Shown here: piece after piece, positions 1 to 11,053 of the stretch
Layout: every line of letters begins with the position of its first letter
How positions within the stretch are numbered: the first letter of the stretch is position 1
From: an uncultured Nitrososphaerales archaeon
GTDB taxonomy: Archaea > Thermoproteota > Nitrososphaeria > Nitrososphaerales > Nitrososphaeraceae
Length of the DNA: 64,000 nt
Reading direction: 5' to 3'
NCBI GenBank assembly: GCA_963709405.1
Contig: CAVPXM010000021.1
Coordinates: 96,001-160,000, forward strand
Notes under the pieces: generated by a model
What the model was told of the DNA's origin: nothing
The model's input: only the letters and a program-made list of their open reading frames with translations
The model's database searches: none
Position numbers and translations under genes: made by a program

Positions 1-13
1 CCTATTCATAAGT

Positions 14-143
14 GTGGCTTATAGTAGAGTCAAATGCCTTCCAACTGTCAAAAGAATCCCTGATGAATTATGGGATGAAATAAGGTTGATACTTCCATCA
101 GAAAAACCAAATAATACCATCGGACGTCCAGCAGTATCGTTTA
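14..143 (+). pseudogene. IS5-family transposase, N-terminal fragment
   Basis: KRIPDELWDEIRLILPSEKPNNTIGRPAVSFR is the typical IS5 N-terminus; homology stops near 143. The window starts with cctatt, resembling the complement of the IS end ataggctct at ~2117-2125. Confidence 0.8.
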
Positions 144-402
144 GGGCTCACATCATTTTGAGCATTGCTGCGCAAATCAATCTACTGATAAGAACCATAG
201 ACACCATCGTTCTGTGTTAAAGACGAAGTGCCAGTACCTAATCCAGATTATCATCGTAAGTAAAGTACCATTAAAAGAACAGCTCCTCAATCAGTCTGCT
301 ATCAGACTTTCTTTATGCCCAATACAAAACCCATGGCGAATCCAAATGTCGCCGCACCTATTCAGATCTCGCCAATCAATTAACAAACAATGTAGAGAGA
401 TA

Positions 403-1302
403 TTAGTTGCGTATAGCATACCCTTTTGCATTCCTCCGATGACGTTCTAAAGCTTCATCGAGAATAGAGTGATCTCCTGTCATATTATATTGTTTAGTCA
501 ATCCTGTAATTACATTCCTTACAAATTCGGGAGGACAATAAGGAGTCAATACTTCTTCAATTTCTGCTAACTTTATCCTTGCGGCTTCATCCAGATCTTG
601 AAAAGAAGGGTTGTCAACTGACGCTTGTTGCATCCGCTGTTCTGAAATATCTGTACTAGACATTGGTCTCTTTGAAGGCGAAAGATGGTTAAACGCCTCC
701 ATTTGGTTTACTTTTTGGCGCAATTCCACTAGATATTCATCTACAGAGTAGTCGTTTCCACCATCATAGAAAACCTGTCGAGCAAGATTTGTTAATATGA
801 CATCTACCCTTTCAGATGAAAAATACGGTCCAGACAATTTTTTAATCTTTTCAAACTTAGACAGCAACGTATCTTGAGATTCCGTGAGGGACCATGACTG
901 TTCTTTATGGACGGCTATATCTAACTGTTGCTCTGTAGCATCGGAATCCTGGTATAACCTCTTTGAATTTTTATTTCTCATCATTGGTGGAACGACATTT
1001 GAATAGCTCAATGGGTCCAGCTTATTATCTATGATCGCACTAGGGTCGAAAGTGCTATTATCATCGTGAGTAATCGTGCAGTGACGTGGTTCATATTGCT
1101 TGTTGGTCTTCCTTCTTTGCAGGCGCGGAGGGATTATGGGTGGTGGATAATCCCTTTTAACGCGTCCTATGATATACTCCGTATACCTAACGATAATAGG
1201 CCTTTCGTTATGGATACTAGTATTGTCCCTGTGTCTTTTTCCACTAGATTTTCTAGTAAAATCTTCTGCACAAATTATGCATACCCATTGAGGTTTTGAC
1301 AT
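403..1302 (-). CDS. Hypothetical protein with N-terminal C2H2-type zinc finger
   Basis: 299 aa ORF; CIICAEDFTRKSSGKRHRDNTSIH motif; two similar helical segments in the C-terminal half. Confidence 0.7.
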   Translation of the reverse strand: MSKPQWVCIICAEDFTRKSSGKRHRDNTSIHNERPIIVRYTEYIIGRVKRDYPPPIIPPRLQRRKTNKQYEPRHCTITHDDNSTFDPSAIIDNKLDPLSYSNVVPPMMRNKNSKRLYQDSDATEQQLDIAVHKEQSWSLTESQDTLLSKFEKIKKLSGPYFSSERVDVILTNLARQVFYDGGNDYSVDEYLVELRQKVNQMEAFNHLSPSKRPMSSTDISEQRMQQASVDNPSFQDLDEAARIKLAEIEEVLTPYCPPEFVRNVITGLTKQYNMTGDHSILDEALERHRRNAKGYAIRN

Positions 1303-1469
1303 ACTATTTTATCTGATATTTATTTCTAAAGCCCGGTTTAAATAAAAACTAGTCTTGAAAAAATGGAAAGTCTTATTGGATTCGGGCGCCACACTGTGCT
1401 GCGCTCCACAGTAACTTAATACTATAAAATAGTTCTAATTAGCTCGTCGCTTTTAAGCTTCAGAAAGAC

Positions 1470-2125
1470 ATCTCAGGTATTTCAAAGGTTGTATACTAGA
1501 CTGCTAAAAGTGTATGATAGTATAGTAGGCATTCAATGGAGATGGCAATCACTTGATAGTATGTCTGTAAAGGCATCTTTAGGAGGAAATGACTGGTTGG
1601 CCCTAATCCTATAGATAGAAGTTAGGAACAAAACGTCATGTATTAACTGATGGACAAGGTATTCCATTATCTGTTGTTGTAACTGCGGCAAATAGATGTA
1701 ACGGCTCTGTAAAGTTAAGGAAAAATCTATAGCTTTATGACTCGGATATAGAGCCGACGTAACATGAGGCTGCTATAAATATGCTGGATAATACCGTAAT
1801 AAATAGACAATCTCTACATAAAGATGTTCAAAATCTCTGTCTGTCTTGACAAAGGATATGATTCTAAAGGGATTGAATATAATAATGTTGTCGAAAGAGG
1901 ATACATATCCCATATTCGATATAGATGTAGGAAGTCTGCATCAGCAATCGGGAAAGGCAGTCATCATAATTCTAGAAGATGGGTTGTTGAAAGAACCAAC
2001 TCTTGGCATAACAGGTTCAGAAAACGTTTAATCAGATATGAAAAGAGTATAGAAATCTATTTTGCGTTAGTATGTTTCGGCTGTTGCATTGTTATCTACA
2101 GGAGGATAATTTTGGGATAGGCTCT
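1470..2125 (+). mobile_element. Degenerate IS5-family transposase (middle and C-terminal part) with right end
   Basis: Frameshifted motifs WRWQSLDSMSVKASLGG, GTKRHVLTDGQGIPLSVVVTAANR, CLDKGYD, RWVVERTNSWHNRFR; end ttttgggataggctct resembles ttttcgcataggctct at ~30649-30664. Confidence 0.9.
1703..1755. mobile_element. 53-bp IS6-derived miniature element with 8-bp target duplication
   Basis: Starts with ggctctgtaaagttaag (identical to the IS6 end at 10332) and ends in agagcc; flanked by gatgtaac (1695-1702) and gacgtaac (1756-1763). Confidence 0.85.
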
Positions 2126-2283
2126 TAATCAAAATTAAGCAAGCATGACTCCTTCTAATATTAACTTCATCCGATCCGAAGTATATCAAATGATGTGACT
2201 TGGCTCGTTAGGCAATAGTCCAGCATAACTATCAGACCGAAAGAATCTATGGCTGAGTTTCCGTAGAACTAGTAGAAAATTTG

Positions 2284-4584
2284 TCATTTGTTGCCACCAA
2301 GAATTTTGTTCGTACTACCATCTATCACAGTGACTGTGTTTGCGTCCTGGTTTGTCACGTATAGCATATTATTCTTTTGGTTTAGGGCTATGTGACTAGC
2401 AAAATCGAAATCATCGGATAGATTTGGATCACCTATACTAATACTATCAATAATCTTATTTGTAGTACCATCAATAACTGTAACTGTATTGGAACCGACA
2501 TTACTTACGTATAGTCTATTTGTAACCGGATTGAAGGCATCGCCATGAGGTTGATTGCCCGAGGCAACAACCGAGACAACTGTGCCGTTATCCTTGGATG
2601 CATTAATTACTGAAACGGTATCGTCGTCTTGGTTGGCAACATAGATCATATTGGCAACTTCATTCACAGCTAAATCTGCGGGTGAATTTCCAACTTTTAT
2701 GGTTTTTAAAACCTTGTACATGCCGCCATCAATAACCGAAACGGTATTATCATCAGCGTTTGTTAAATACACTAGATTAGTTCTGGAGTTAATCGCTGCT
2801 TCTTCCGGTGAATTTCCAACTTTTATGGTTTTTAAAACCTTGTACGTGCCGCCATCAATAACCGAAACGGTATCATCATCCTCATTGGTGACGTATGCTT
2901 TGTTGGTATTTGGGTTAACTACTACACTATGTGGTGAGTTGCCTGTATGGATATTAGTTATCATTCTATTCGATCTACCATCTATGACTGACACAGTGCT
3001 AGAATTCGTATCATAAGTCCCCCAATTGGTCACGTATATCTTATTCGTAATAGGATTAATTGCTACGACATGTGGAAAGGTACCCACATGGATGTCATTC
3101 GTGATTACGCTTTGTGTTTTGCCGTCTATAACTGAAACACTGTTAGATTCTTGGTTAGTTACGTAGATCTTATTGGTCTCTGAATTCACAGCAATTCCAT
3201 GAGGTGCCTTACCAACCATAATTCCAGGTAACGTAATTCCTGGTTGTCCGATCTGGCTAGTTTCAATTTCTCCTGTCAGCAATATCTCATGTTTATTGAC
3301 ATTCATAAGAGACTTGACATCATCAATAGCACTCATATTGACATTCAAAACAGAGACAACATCGGCATCTTCGCTAGTCAAATAGACTTTGTTAGTTTTT
3401 GGATTTACTGCTAGATATGTTGCAAGATTGTAAACTTGGGGCGTTTTAGCAAAATTCTTGCTGGCTATTAGAACATTGGCCAGAACTTTTCCATGATTGT
3501 CAGAACCATTCACAATAGACACGCTATAGGAACCAGAGTTCGCCACATAGACCATGTTCCTAATAGGATCGACAGCAATTCCTTCAGGTGATTTCCCTAC
3601 TTGCAGAGTGTTTATTACCTTATTCGTGTTGCCATCGATCACCGAAACTGACATAGAGTCCGTGATAGTCGTTATGACATCGTCAAGTGGGAAGCCACGA
3701 TTTGTGACAAAGATCTTGTTGGTTTTGGGGTTTACGGCCACACTATATGGAGAATGACCAACTGGGATATCTGCCACAACCCTGCTGGACCTTCCATCTA
3801 TTACGGATGTACTGTTGGAATCCTTATTGGCTACATAGATCATATCTGTAAGTGGGTTAATGGCTATTCCAGTCGGGGATTTCCCCACGGTAATCATTTT
3901 TGACATTACGTGTGTTCTACCATCTACAACTGAGACAGAGTCAGTAAGGGAACTTATCACGTAGATCATATCTGTAAGCGGGTTAATGGCTATTCCAGTT
4001 GGAGAAAGACCGACGGTGAAATTGCTTATGACTTGGTTTGTACGTCCATCAATGACTGAAACGCTATTAAGATCCTGGTTAGTGACGTATACTATGTTTT
4101 TTGTCAGATCGAGTGCGAGGCCAGCAGGAGATTTGCCAACTTTGATGTCTGCAATCACTCTGTCCCTATTGTTACCATCTAGTACAGTGATAGTATCCGA
4201 AAGATAGTTGGCAATATAAATCATATTTGTAGTGGGATTTATTGCAATGCTTCTTGGTTCACTACCAACCTTTATTCCATACGAGGCAGAACGAAACAGC
4301 TTGGTTTCGGGTTGGCTTACGATTAAATTGCTATCATTTTGAATATTTTTAAAAGAAAATGTTTTGGTTGAACCTGTGTCGATAGATGGATAATGATGAG
4401 AAACTAGACCAGTTGCGCCAGCATGGCGATCTGCTGATGATGCAAAGGACACTAGCAGTAACAAAAGGAACATCAGTATATATATGACTAGTATTTCTGG
4501 CAATTGCTGCCTCATTTTCATCCACATCGGTTGATACTTTGATTGCAACCAATGGTTTTTATCACTTTCAATTCGGAGCGTCAT
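2284..4584 (-). CDS. YVTN/YncE-family beta-propeller repeat protein, secreted or membrane-anchored
   Basis: About 14 ~42-aa repeats (VG.SP.GIAINP.TN.IYV.N..S.TVSVIDG); hydrophobic N-terminal segment. Confidence 0.95.
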   Translation of the reverse strand: MTLRIESDKNHWLQSKYQPMWMKMRQQLPEILVIYILMFLLLLLVSFASSADRHAGATGLVSHHYPSIDTGSTKTFSFKNIQNDSNLIVSQPETKLFRSASYGIKVGSEPRSIAINPTTNMIYIANYLSDTITVLDGNNRDRVIADIKVGKSPAGLALDLTKNIVYVTNQDLNSVSVIDGRTNQVISNFTVGLSPTGIAINPLTDMIYVISSLTDSVSVVDGRTHVMSKMITVGKSPTGIAINPLTDMIYVANKDSNSTSVIDGRSSRVVADIPVGHSPYSVAVNPKTNKIFVTNRGFPLDDVITTITDSMSVSVIDGNTNKVINTLQVGKSPEGIAVDPIRNMVYVANSGSYSVSIVNGSDNHGKVLANVLIASKNFAKTPQVYNLATYLAVNPKTNKVYLTSEDADVVSVLNVNMSAIDDVKSLMNVNKHEILLTGEIETSQIGQPGITLPGIMVGKAPHGIAVNSETNKIYVTNQESNSVSVIDGKTQSVITNDIHVGTFPHVVAINPITNKIYVTNWGTYDTNSSTVSVIDGRSNRMITNIHTGNSPHSVVVNPNTNKAYVTNEDDDTVSVIDGGTYKVLKTIKVGNSPEEAAINSRTNLVYLTNADDNTVSVIDGGMYKVLKTIKVGNSPADLAVNEVANMIYVANQDDDTVSVINASKDNGTVVSVVASGNQPHGDAFNPVTNRLYVSNVGSNTVTVIDGTTNKIIDSISIGDPNLSDDFDFASHIALNQKNNMLYVTNQDANTVTVIDGSTNKILGGNK

Positions 4585-4703
4585 AATATGGATTGTTCTG
4601 GAATTCCTTGAATATACTATTAGCGGTAAACATAACCTTTGAGCTTCTATTGAATGGATTCATAGGGACAATCCAACATAATAGAACAGGCAAATATTAC
4701 CCT

Positions 4704-5500
4704 TTAGATTAAGACGCTCCCTCTGTCTCTTATTAGAGTATTGCCGGTTGTATAGGAAAAATTGTCACTAGCGATACATCCTGCGATTCGCGCTGCTTTT
4801 CCAGGTGTTCCACACCTTCTCATCGCAGATTCTCTTGATGCCTTCTCCCTCTCATCTTCGTCAATAACGCCGTGAGTTGCAGCAGTCGTAATAATGCCTA
4901 AGGTCAGGGTGTAAGATCTGATGTTGTCTTCGGCATATTCCTTTGCAATGCATTTTGTCAAGCCGATGACTGCGCAATTTGCTATGGTGTATGGAGAGCC
5001 TTCGACATGTCACTCAATCGCCGGAGTTGAAGAAATATTCATGCTGACTACGTCACCCTTCCAATTATTATAGGGATTAGGCGTGGCTTTTCCCTCTTAT
5101 CATGTGGGACTAAACGTCAATGATACTCTAATAACTTCCCAACTTAGATCAATTGCTAAGATTGTTTCTAATTCGTCATTCGGAACTTGACGAAAGTCTT
5201 TTATACAGATTCTTTTGTAAAATAAAAGCCTGTATTATTTACTAAAATATCAATTCTCCCCGTGCTCAGCCAATATTTTTTGCATACGCCCGTAGGATAC
5301 TCATATGAACCATCAACTTGTTCCGCAACGCAATTGATATTAATTTTGCTGACTGCCAACCTAGCTCTATCAATATTTCCAGAACATATGATTGTCAATG
5401 CATCATGGTCCTCAGAAAAACCTTTTGCCATCGAAAATCCAATGCCCATTGTAGCTCCCGTTGCTTTGTTGCATAATTCAGAAAGATCGTCATCTTGCAA
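4704..5500 (-). pseudogene. SDR-family oxidoreductase (FabG-like), degraded
   Basis: TGATMGIG, GRIDILVNNTG, TKCIAKEYAEDNIR and SYTTGNTLIRDRG spread over several frames with stops. Confidence 0.8.
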
Positions 5501-5962
5501 TGCTTTTAGTACTTCTCAGGAATAGGCCAAATGCGGATTACTCCTTTTTAGCTGAATGTTTCAAAGTTAGTTGACTAATTGTTGTCTTCTCTCTTCTTCT
5601 TAGCAACAAGGTTTCTCTAAACATCTGTTGATTAGACTCGTATTACATTTCCCTGCAATGCTAAAGAGTTAGGTCGTATTACTTTGAGTTGCACGATTTA
5701 AAAAAAAAAATTTTATCTAAATTCTACTGTCGCTTCAAAGGAATATACACATTCGGTTTATCCATTTCATCAATTGATTGAATAATGCCTGAAAGATAGA
5801 AACGTCGTTAGATTGAAAGTCTCTAGTATATCAAGATTTAATATTATCAAATTTCGAAATCCTCTCTCAAGACAAGTTTTCTCTCAATCTTCAATAAGAT
5901 AAATTAGGATTTTTCGGATCGCATTAACTATCCTAATCGAAATAAGTCAATTATTCAACTTA

Positions 5963-7214
5963 TTGTTTGTGGTCAAGACTAACCAATCTACCCTAACAAT
6001 TTATCTTATTGTATTCTTGTCAGTATTGCTCATTCTGTCAACTAGATCATATACGCTTGAAAATGTATTTGCAAAGTATTATAAGCTAAACAGTACGACA
6101 GTCGAAGTTGATCCGTGTAGATATCAAATGTCAGAAGGTAATACTTTATGTCAGTATGACAGCTTAAGTAGTCGTGACGCTGCCATCGGGGCTGGTGAAC
6201 TGAATTCTAATTTCGATAATTCAAAGAGTCTTACTAGCTCATTTCTAAAGCATTACGATGAAGATCGAGCACACGAATTAGAAAATCATGATAATTATCA
6301 AAATGGTATTGTTTCTAATGAAGGAAACGATAACAGCAGTGGGAGTGGGGGTATAATGCCAGCTCTTGTCGGCCATAACGGCGGTGGTCATGACGGCGGT
6401 GGCGGTTCAGGGCAGCGGCGGTTCAGGCAGCGGCGGTTCAGGCAGCGGTGGTTCAGGCGACGGCGGTGGTCATGACGGCGGTGGCGGTTCAGGCAGCGGC
6501 GGTGGTCATGACGGCGGTGGCGGTTCAGGCAGCGGCGGTGGTCATGACGGCGGTGGCGGTTCAGGCAGCGGCGGTGGTCATGACGGCGGTGGCGGTTCAG
6601 GCAGCGGCGGTGGTCATGACGGCGGTGGCGGTTCAGGCAGCGGCGGTGGTCATGACGGCGGTGGCGGTTCAGGCAGCGGCGGTGGTCATGACGGCGGTGG
6701 CGGTTCAGGCAGCGGCGGTGGTCATGACGGCGGTGGCGGTTCAGGCAGCGGCGGTGGTCATGACGGCGGTGGCGGTTCAGGCAGCGGCGGTGGTCATGAC
6801 GGCGGTGGCGGTTCAGGCAGCGGCGGTGGTCATGACGGCGGCGGTCAAGGAGGTAATAATGGAAATAGTGGCCAAAATGGCAATAATAACGGCGGTAGCA
6901 AGGACAGTAACTGCACACCGGTAACTCTCAGTGGCTTGCCCGGTCAAACCCGGCCGGTGGCAATTTGCTTGGTCGTTGGCGTGACTACAAATGTCCCTAC
7001 CGAGATAGGCTCTGCGACATTTACCCTGAGCCAAGCTAATGGGAACGAATTCAAATTAACAATCAACAAATTTAATGGCCAGACTCAACCGGCCATTATA
7101 ACTCTTGCATTAGGCGTGACAACTCCCATTATTGTTCCAGGTTTGGGTAGTGGAACTGTTCTTATTGGGGATACATATTCTATCATCCTAGATATACCTA
7201 GATTATCATCCTAG
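5963..7214 (+). CDS. Secreted Gly/His-rich repeat protein (one frameshift near 6410)
   Basis: The signal-peptide ORF from 5963 joins the GGGHDGGGGSGS frame if one g of ttcagggcagc is removed; ~100 aa beta-rich C-terminal domain. Confidence 0.75.
6462..6845 (+). repeat. Perfect 36-bp tandem repeat, 10 full copies plus a partial copy
   Basis: Unit ggcggtggtcatgacggcggtggcggttcaggcagc, no spacers; a degenerate copy lies at ~6380-6415. Confidence 0.97.
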
Positions 7215-7882
7215 GGGCTTTGTAGAAACCATGTGATTATTGTAAGATTAGTTAATCTGTGGGCATTGTAGGTTATACATCTGAATGATTATTCCCTGTT
7301 TTGTGTTCTCACTAGTCTTGACGTAATGTGCTCTCCAAATAATCCTTTTATGACTGATATTATGGATTCATCCTTCTTGCTTATCTGATTGTAAAGCATC
7401 TTACAATAGCCACGTTTCATTTGTTTTCTGTATCTCCCATGTGTCTTCCATATTGGTACATGTTCATATCTTGGAGGTATCACACTGGAAGGATATCTAA
7501 TGTCCTTGTTAGGATTGGCTTGAAACCTATGTTATCGTGTCTTGTAGGAGCTCGTCTTATCTTAATCGAATATCTGATTTGTTGTAATACATCGGCTCCA
7601 ATAGATAATTTCGCATATTTTCTTCTCTCCTCAACCCTGTTCGTTCAGTATAATACTGTGACGCATATGTAACTTTGAATCCTGTACAATCTATTCCGGT
7701 AAATATTTGATGCTTGTAAGTAATAATAATAATATGAATGAGGAAATTATTCTCTCCAATTATGTACCATTTATTCTTGCAGCAAACTTCTGAAGTGTAG
7801 TATAATGTGGAATATGGGATAATTGAAGAAATGTACTTAAATTCCTTCAATATACATAGTGTATTATGCTTCTACAAAGCTT
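7215..7882 (-). mobile_element. Internally deleted IS element (IS5/IS4-superfamily DDE transposase remnant)
   Basis: Terminal inverted repeat gctttgtagaa (7217-7227) / ttctacaaagc (7870-7880); fragments TGIDCTGFKVTYASQYYTER and ESIISVIKGLFGEHITSRLVRTQNRE. Confidence 0.8.
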
Positions 7883-8063
7883 TGACGGAATTTATAAAAA
7901 GCATCTTCTTTAGAGCCCATCGTAGATATGCCAAGAATATCTGCCGTTCACTTTCACACGGAAGCTATCAAACATAGAACTGACCAGTGAGTAGAAATTG
8001 TTCACGCGCTGCTACGACTCATAACAACATTTCTACAGTTAAATTTATGAGAAACCCAAAAAT

Positions 8064-9413
8064 ATGTTCAATCGAGAAAAGCTGATTGAGGAAGGAAGGG
8101 AAGAGTCCAGCTTGTCTAAACTTATGAATACATATATTTCACCTTTGTTCATCTGTTTGTTTCTTGCAGCCATTTTGATATTGAATTTTGTACCGTCTAG
8201 TTACTACCTAGCTAAGGCTGCTTATGTGAAAGCGACAGTAGCCCCGAATGGGCCAACAGTCAATGATCCTAATCTGAAGGTGGAAAAAGTATTTTCTGGA
8301 GAACTCAATGTTCCAACTAGTATGGCATTCTTAGGTCCCAACGACATTTTAGTTTTAGAGAAGAATAAAGGTATTGTTGATAGGATAGTAAATGGAAAGT
8401 TAATGCCGCAACCGGTATTACAAATTTCCAACATTGCTAATGAAGAAGTTGAATGGGGACTACTTGGAATTGCAATCGATAGGCGAGGGAATGATGCCTT
8501 GAGTCCTACATACGTGTTCCTCTACTATACTGAAAAAGGATCTAGTGGTGAAAGGCCCGCTAACCATCTATATAGATATGAACTATCATCGAACGGTGCT
8601 AAACTTGAGAATCCTACATTATTGATGAATCTTCCGGCAAATTCTCCGGACCCCCAGGGGGAGAGTAATCATGATGGTGGTAAAATCGTGATAGGTCCTG
8701 ATCATAATGTTTACACCGTGATTGGAGATGTTGGAGGTCATAATGGTCAGGCTCAGAACAACAAGGATGGAGCTAGGCTAGATGCGACTAGTGGCATTTT
8801 AAGGGTAACAGAAGCGGGACAACCAGTATCTCCAGTTCTCCTCGGAGACGAGGATCCGACGAAAGTATATTACGCCTATGGAGTACGTAATAGCTTTGGT
8901 ATTGATTTTGATCCTCTGACTGGGAACTTATGGGATACTGAAAATGGAGCTAATGATAATGATGAAATAAATCTCGTTACGCCAGGATTTAATAGCGGCT
9001 GGACTACAGTTATGGGCTTCGCACCAACGGGATTTGAACCAAACCAGCAGTTAGTATCCTTCGATGGGAAGGGGAAGTATCACGACCCACAATTTGTATG
9101 GAGACAAACTATAGGGCCAACGGCATTGAAATTCTTAAATTCGGACAAACTGGGCAAACAATACGAAAATACAATTTTTAGCGGAGATGTTAACACAGGT
9201 AATTTGTATAACTTTAAGTTGAGTGATGATAGGACAAGCTTGGCATTAGGTGGCGACCTCTCAGACAAGGTAGCGGACACTCGAGGTGAGCTTCAGCCGG
9301 TAACATTTGGGCAAGGCTTTGGCGTAATTACAGATATTAAAGTTGGACCAGGAGACGGATATCTATATGTGCTTACCTACGACGGTAGTATATACCGAAT
9401 TCTTCCAAATTGA
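8064..9413 (+). CDS. PQQ-dependent glucose/sorbosone dehydrogenase-family protein (GSDH)
   Basis: PTSMAFLGPNDILVLEK, NHDGGKIVIGPD, YAYGVRNSFGIDFDP, DEINLV..GFNSGW; N-terminal TM segment. Confidence 0.93.
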   Translation: MFNREKLIEEGREESSLSKLMNTYISPLFICLFLAAILILNFVPSSYYLAKAAYVKATVAPNGPTVNDPNLKVEKVFSGELNVPTSMAFLGPNDILVLEKNKGIVDRIVNGKLMPQPVLQISNIANEEVEWGLLGIAIDRRGNDALSPTYVFLYYTEKGSSGERPANHLYRYELSSNGAKLENPTLLMNLPANSPDPQGESNHDGGKIVIGPDHNVYTVIGDVGGHNGQAQNNKDGARLDATSGILRVTEAGQPVSPVLLGDEDPTKVYYAYGVRNSFGIDFDPLTGNLWDTENGANDNDEINLVTPGFNSGWTTVMGFAPTGFEPNQQLVSFDGKGKYHDPQFVWRQTIGPTALKFLNSDKLGKQYENTIFSGDVNTGNLYNFKLSDDRTSLALGGDLSDKVADTRGELQPVTFGQGFGVITDIKVGPGDGYLYVLTYDGSIYRILPN

Positions 9414-9535
9414 TGTCATCGTCTCCTTTTTTTTAAATCTAATTCGTAGCCAGAACGAAGCATATTCAGCAAGCTTAGACTTCTAGTGAAATACAAATCC
9501 TTAAGTGAGAGAACGACCGCAAGAAAAGTTTACGT

Positions 9536-10225
9536 ATGAATTTCTCAAGGTGCAAGAAGCTGAATTCTTTAGATTCTCGCTTTTATAAACTCCAGTTAAT
9601 ATCTGGATTAGTGTTAGTAGCTTTTCTAACTATTGTTCTATTGTCTTGCTCGAGTCCAAAGGTGATCTTGATTGGAAATGCAATGGCTGCTTCGAATAGT
9701 AACAACATCTCTTCTGCCATTCATAATAAATTACTGGACTACAAAAATAGTACCTACGGAATTAGCATGCACTATCCTGCGAATTGGGAGTCTAGTCCGG
9801 GAGAAAACAATAACAGCGCCGATTCGAGTATAGATGTTGTCAGTTTCTCGCCGACAGGAGAAAACAATTCGTCAGCAACTGTGGATTTATTGGTGGATAC
9901 CGTCGATTCTGGCCAAAATCTGAAACAATATGTCCCGGAGTTGATATCGGATAATAAGATTGATTTGAAGGATTTTAAGGTTCTCAACTCTTCAACAGGT
10001 GACGTCACTCTTGCAAGCGCTCCTGCTTATAAAGTAGAATACACATATACGGATGATACCGGACAGAATCTCAAAGGGCTAGAAACAGGAACAATTATCG
10101 GAAACAAGGTGTATTTTGTCGTATATGAAAATTCCCCGGCACAATATGACGGAGATCTTTCTGCTGCCCAAAAAATGATCGACTCATTAAAAATTGAAAA
10201 TTCCGCTAATGTAATCAAGCGGTAA
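9536..10225 (+). CDS. PsbP-like domain secreted protein
   Basis: Signal/TM segment then YKNSTYGISMHYPANW ... AQKMIDSLKI, the PsbP-related pattern. Confidence 0.85.
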   Translation: MNFSRCKKLNSLDSRFYKLQLISGLVLVAFLTIVLLSCSSPKVILIGNAMAASNSNNISSAIHNKLLDYKNSTYGISMHYPANWESSPGENNNSADSSIDVVSFSPTGENNSSATVDLLVDTVDSGQNLKQYVPELISDNKIDLKDFKVLNSSTGDVTLASAPAYKVEYTYTDDTGQNLKGLETGTIIGNKVYFVVYENSPAQYDGDLSAAQKMIDSLKIENSANVIKR

Positions 10226-10331
10226 AATACCTAGCATATCAATTGCGTGTAATTTTGATTGATCACTTCCCAGTCTTTGCTTTTTTGCCGCATAGACTTC
10301 TATAAAATTGATTGAGTACGTGTATCTACCC

Positions 10332-11014
10332 GGCTCTGTAAAGTTAAGATAACAAATTATTGTTATGATGACTAACAAATAGATCCAACCATTTTTGTAT
10401 GTGTTGCAATTTACACTTACTTTTTCTACAAGGAAAATAATCATCGAAATATTCTGTTCTATCTTTGATGTATTGTACCGTCCTTTCTATGATACTTTTC
10501 TCATATGGAGAATGGATGTGATGGTGCAGTCTCAAGAATCTACAAGCCTGTGGATACCATGTACCTCCGTCAGTTGAAACAGGATGTTCTCCATATCTTT
10601 TTACAAGGTTTAATATAAAACGTTCTGCAACAAACATGTTTCTCTCTTTCTTTGGATATGCTTATTTGAAGGATTTCTCGGTTATCATTCATTTTCAATG
10701 GCTATCCATAACCAGATATATTCGGAACCAACTTTAATGATAGTTTCATCAATTATAAATTCAGTAATACGTAACTTTCTGGAACTTACCATCTCTCGTT
10801 TATATTTTTGAATCCAGTCTCTTATTGCAGTATGGCTCCTTTTAACAAATCGTGACACAGCTTTGGATGTATTTCTTAGTGAAAGACCAAGGAAATACAG
10901 ATACAGAGAATATGCTATATCCTCAGGGTTCTGTTCTCTTTCTTATTTGACACATCATAACCTATATCGGAGTCATAAAGTTATAGATTTTTGGTTCTGT
11001 TAACTTGATGGGCC
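10332..11014 (-). mobile_element. IS6-family insertion sequence, frameshifted transposase
   Basis: Ends ggctctgtaaagttaa / ttaacttgatgggcc; fragments YSLYLYFLGLSLRNTSKAVSRFVKRSHTAIRDWIQKY, FIIDETIIKVGSEYIWLW, VSTDGGTWYPQAC, KSIIERTVQYIKDRTEYFDDYF. Confidence 0.92.
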
Positions 11015-11053
11015 CTGATAATGGGTGTTAACTATCGGGTCATAATTTCGAAA

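Noticed and set aside
6462-6845. 36-bp repeat as a CRISPR array
   Set aside because: Units are contiguous with no spacers, lie in frame within a gene, and no cas genes are nearby.
6388-6924. Arg/His/Cys-rich and Val/Ala-rich ORFs over the repeat
   Set aside because: Shadow frames of the Gly-rich repeat, open only because the unit lacks stop codons.
7977-7994. gaactgaccagtgagtag as a third TetR operator
   Set aside because: The right half-site is degenerate and the adjacent tttatta box is missing.
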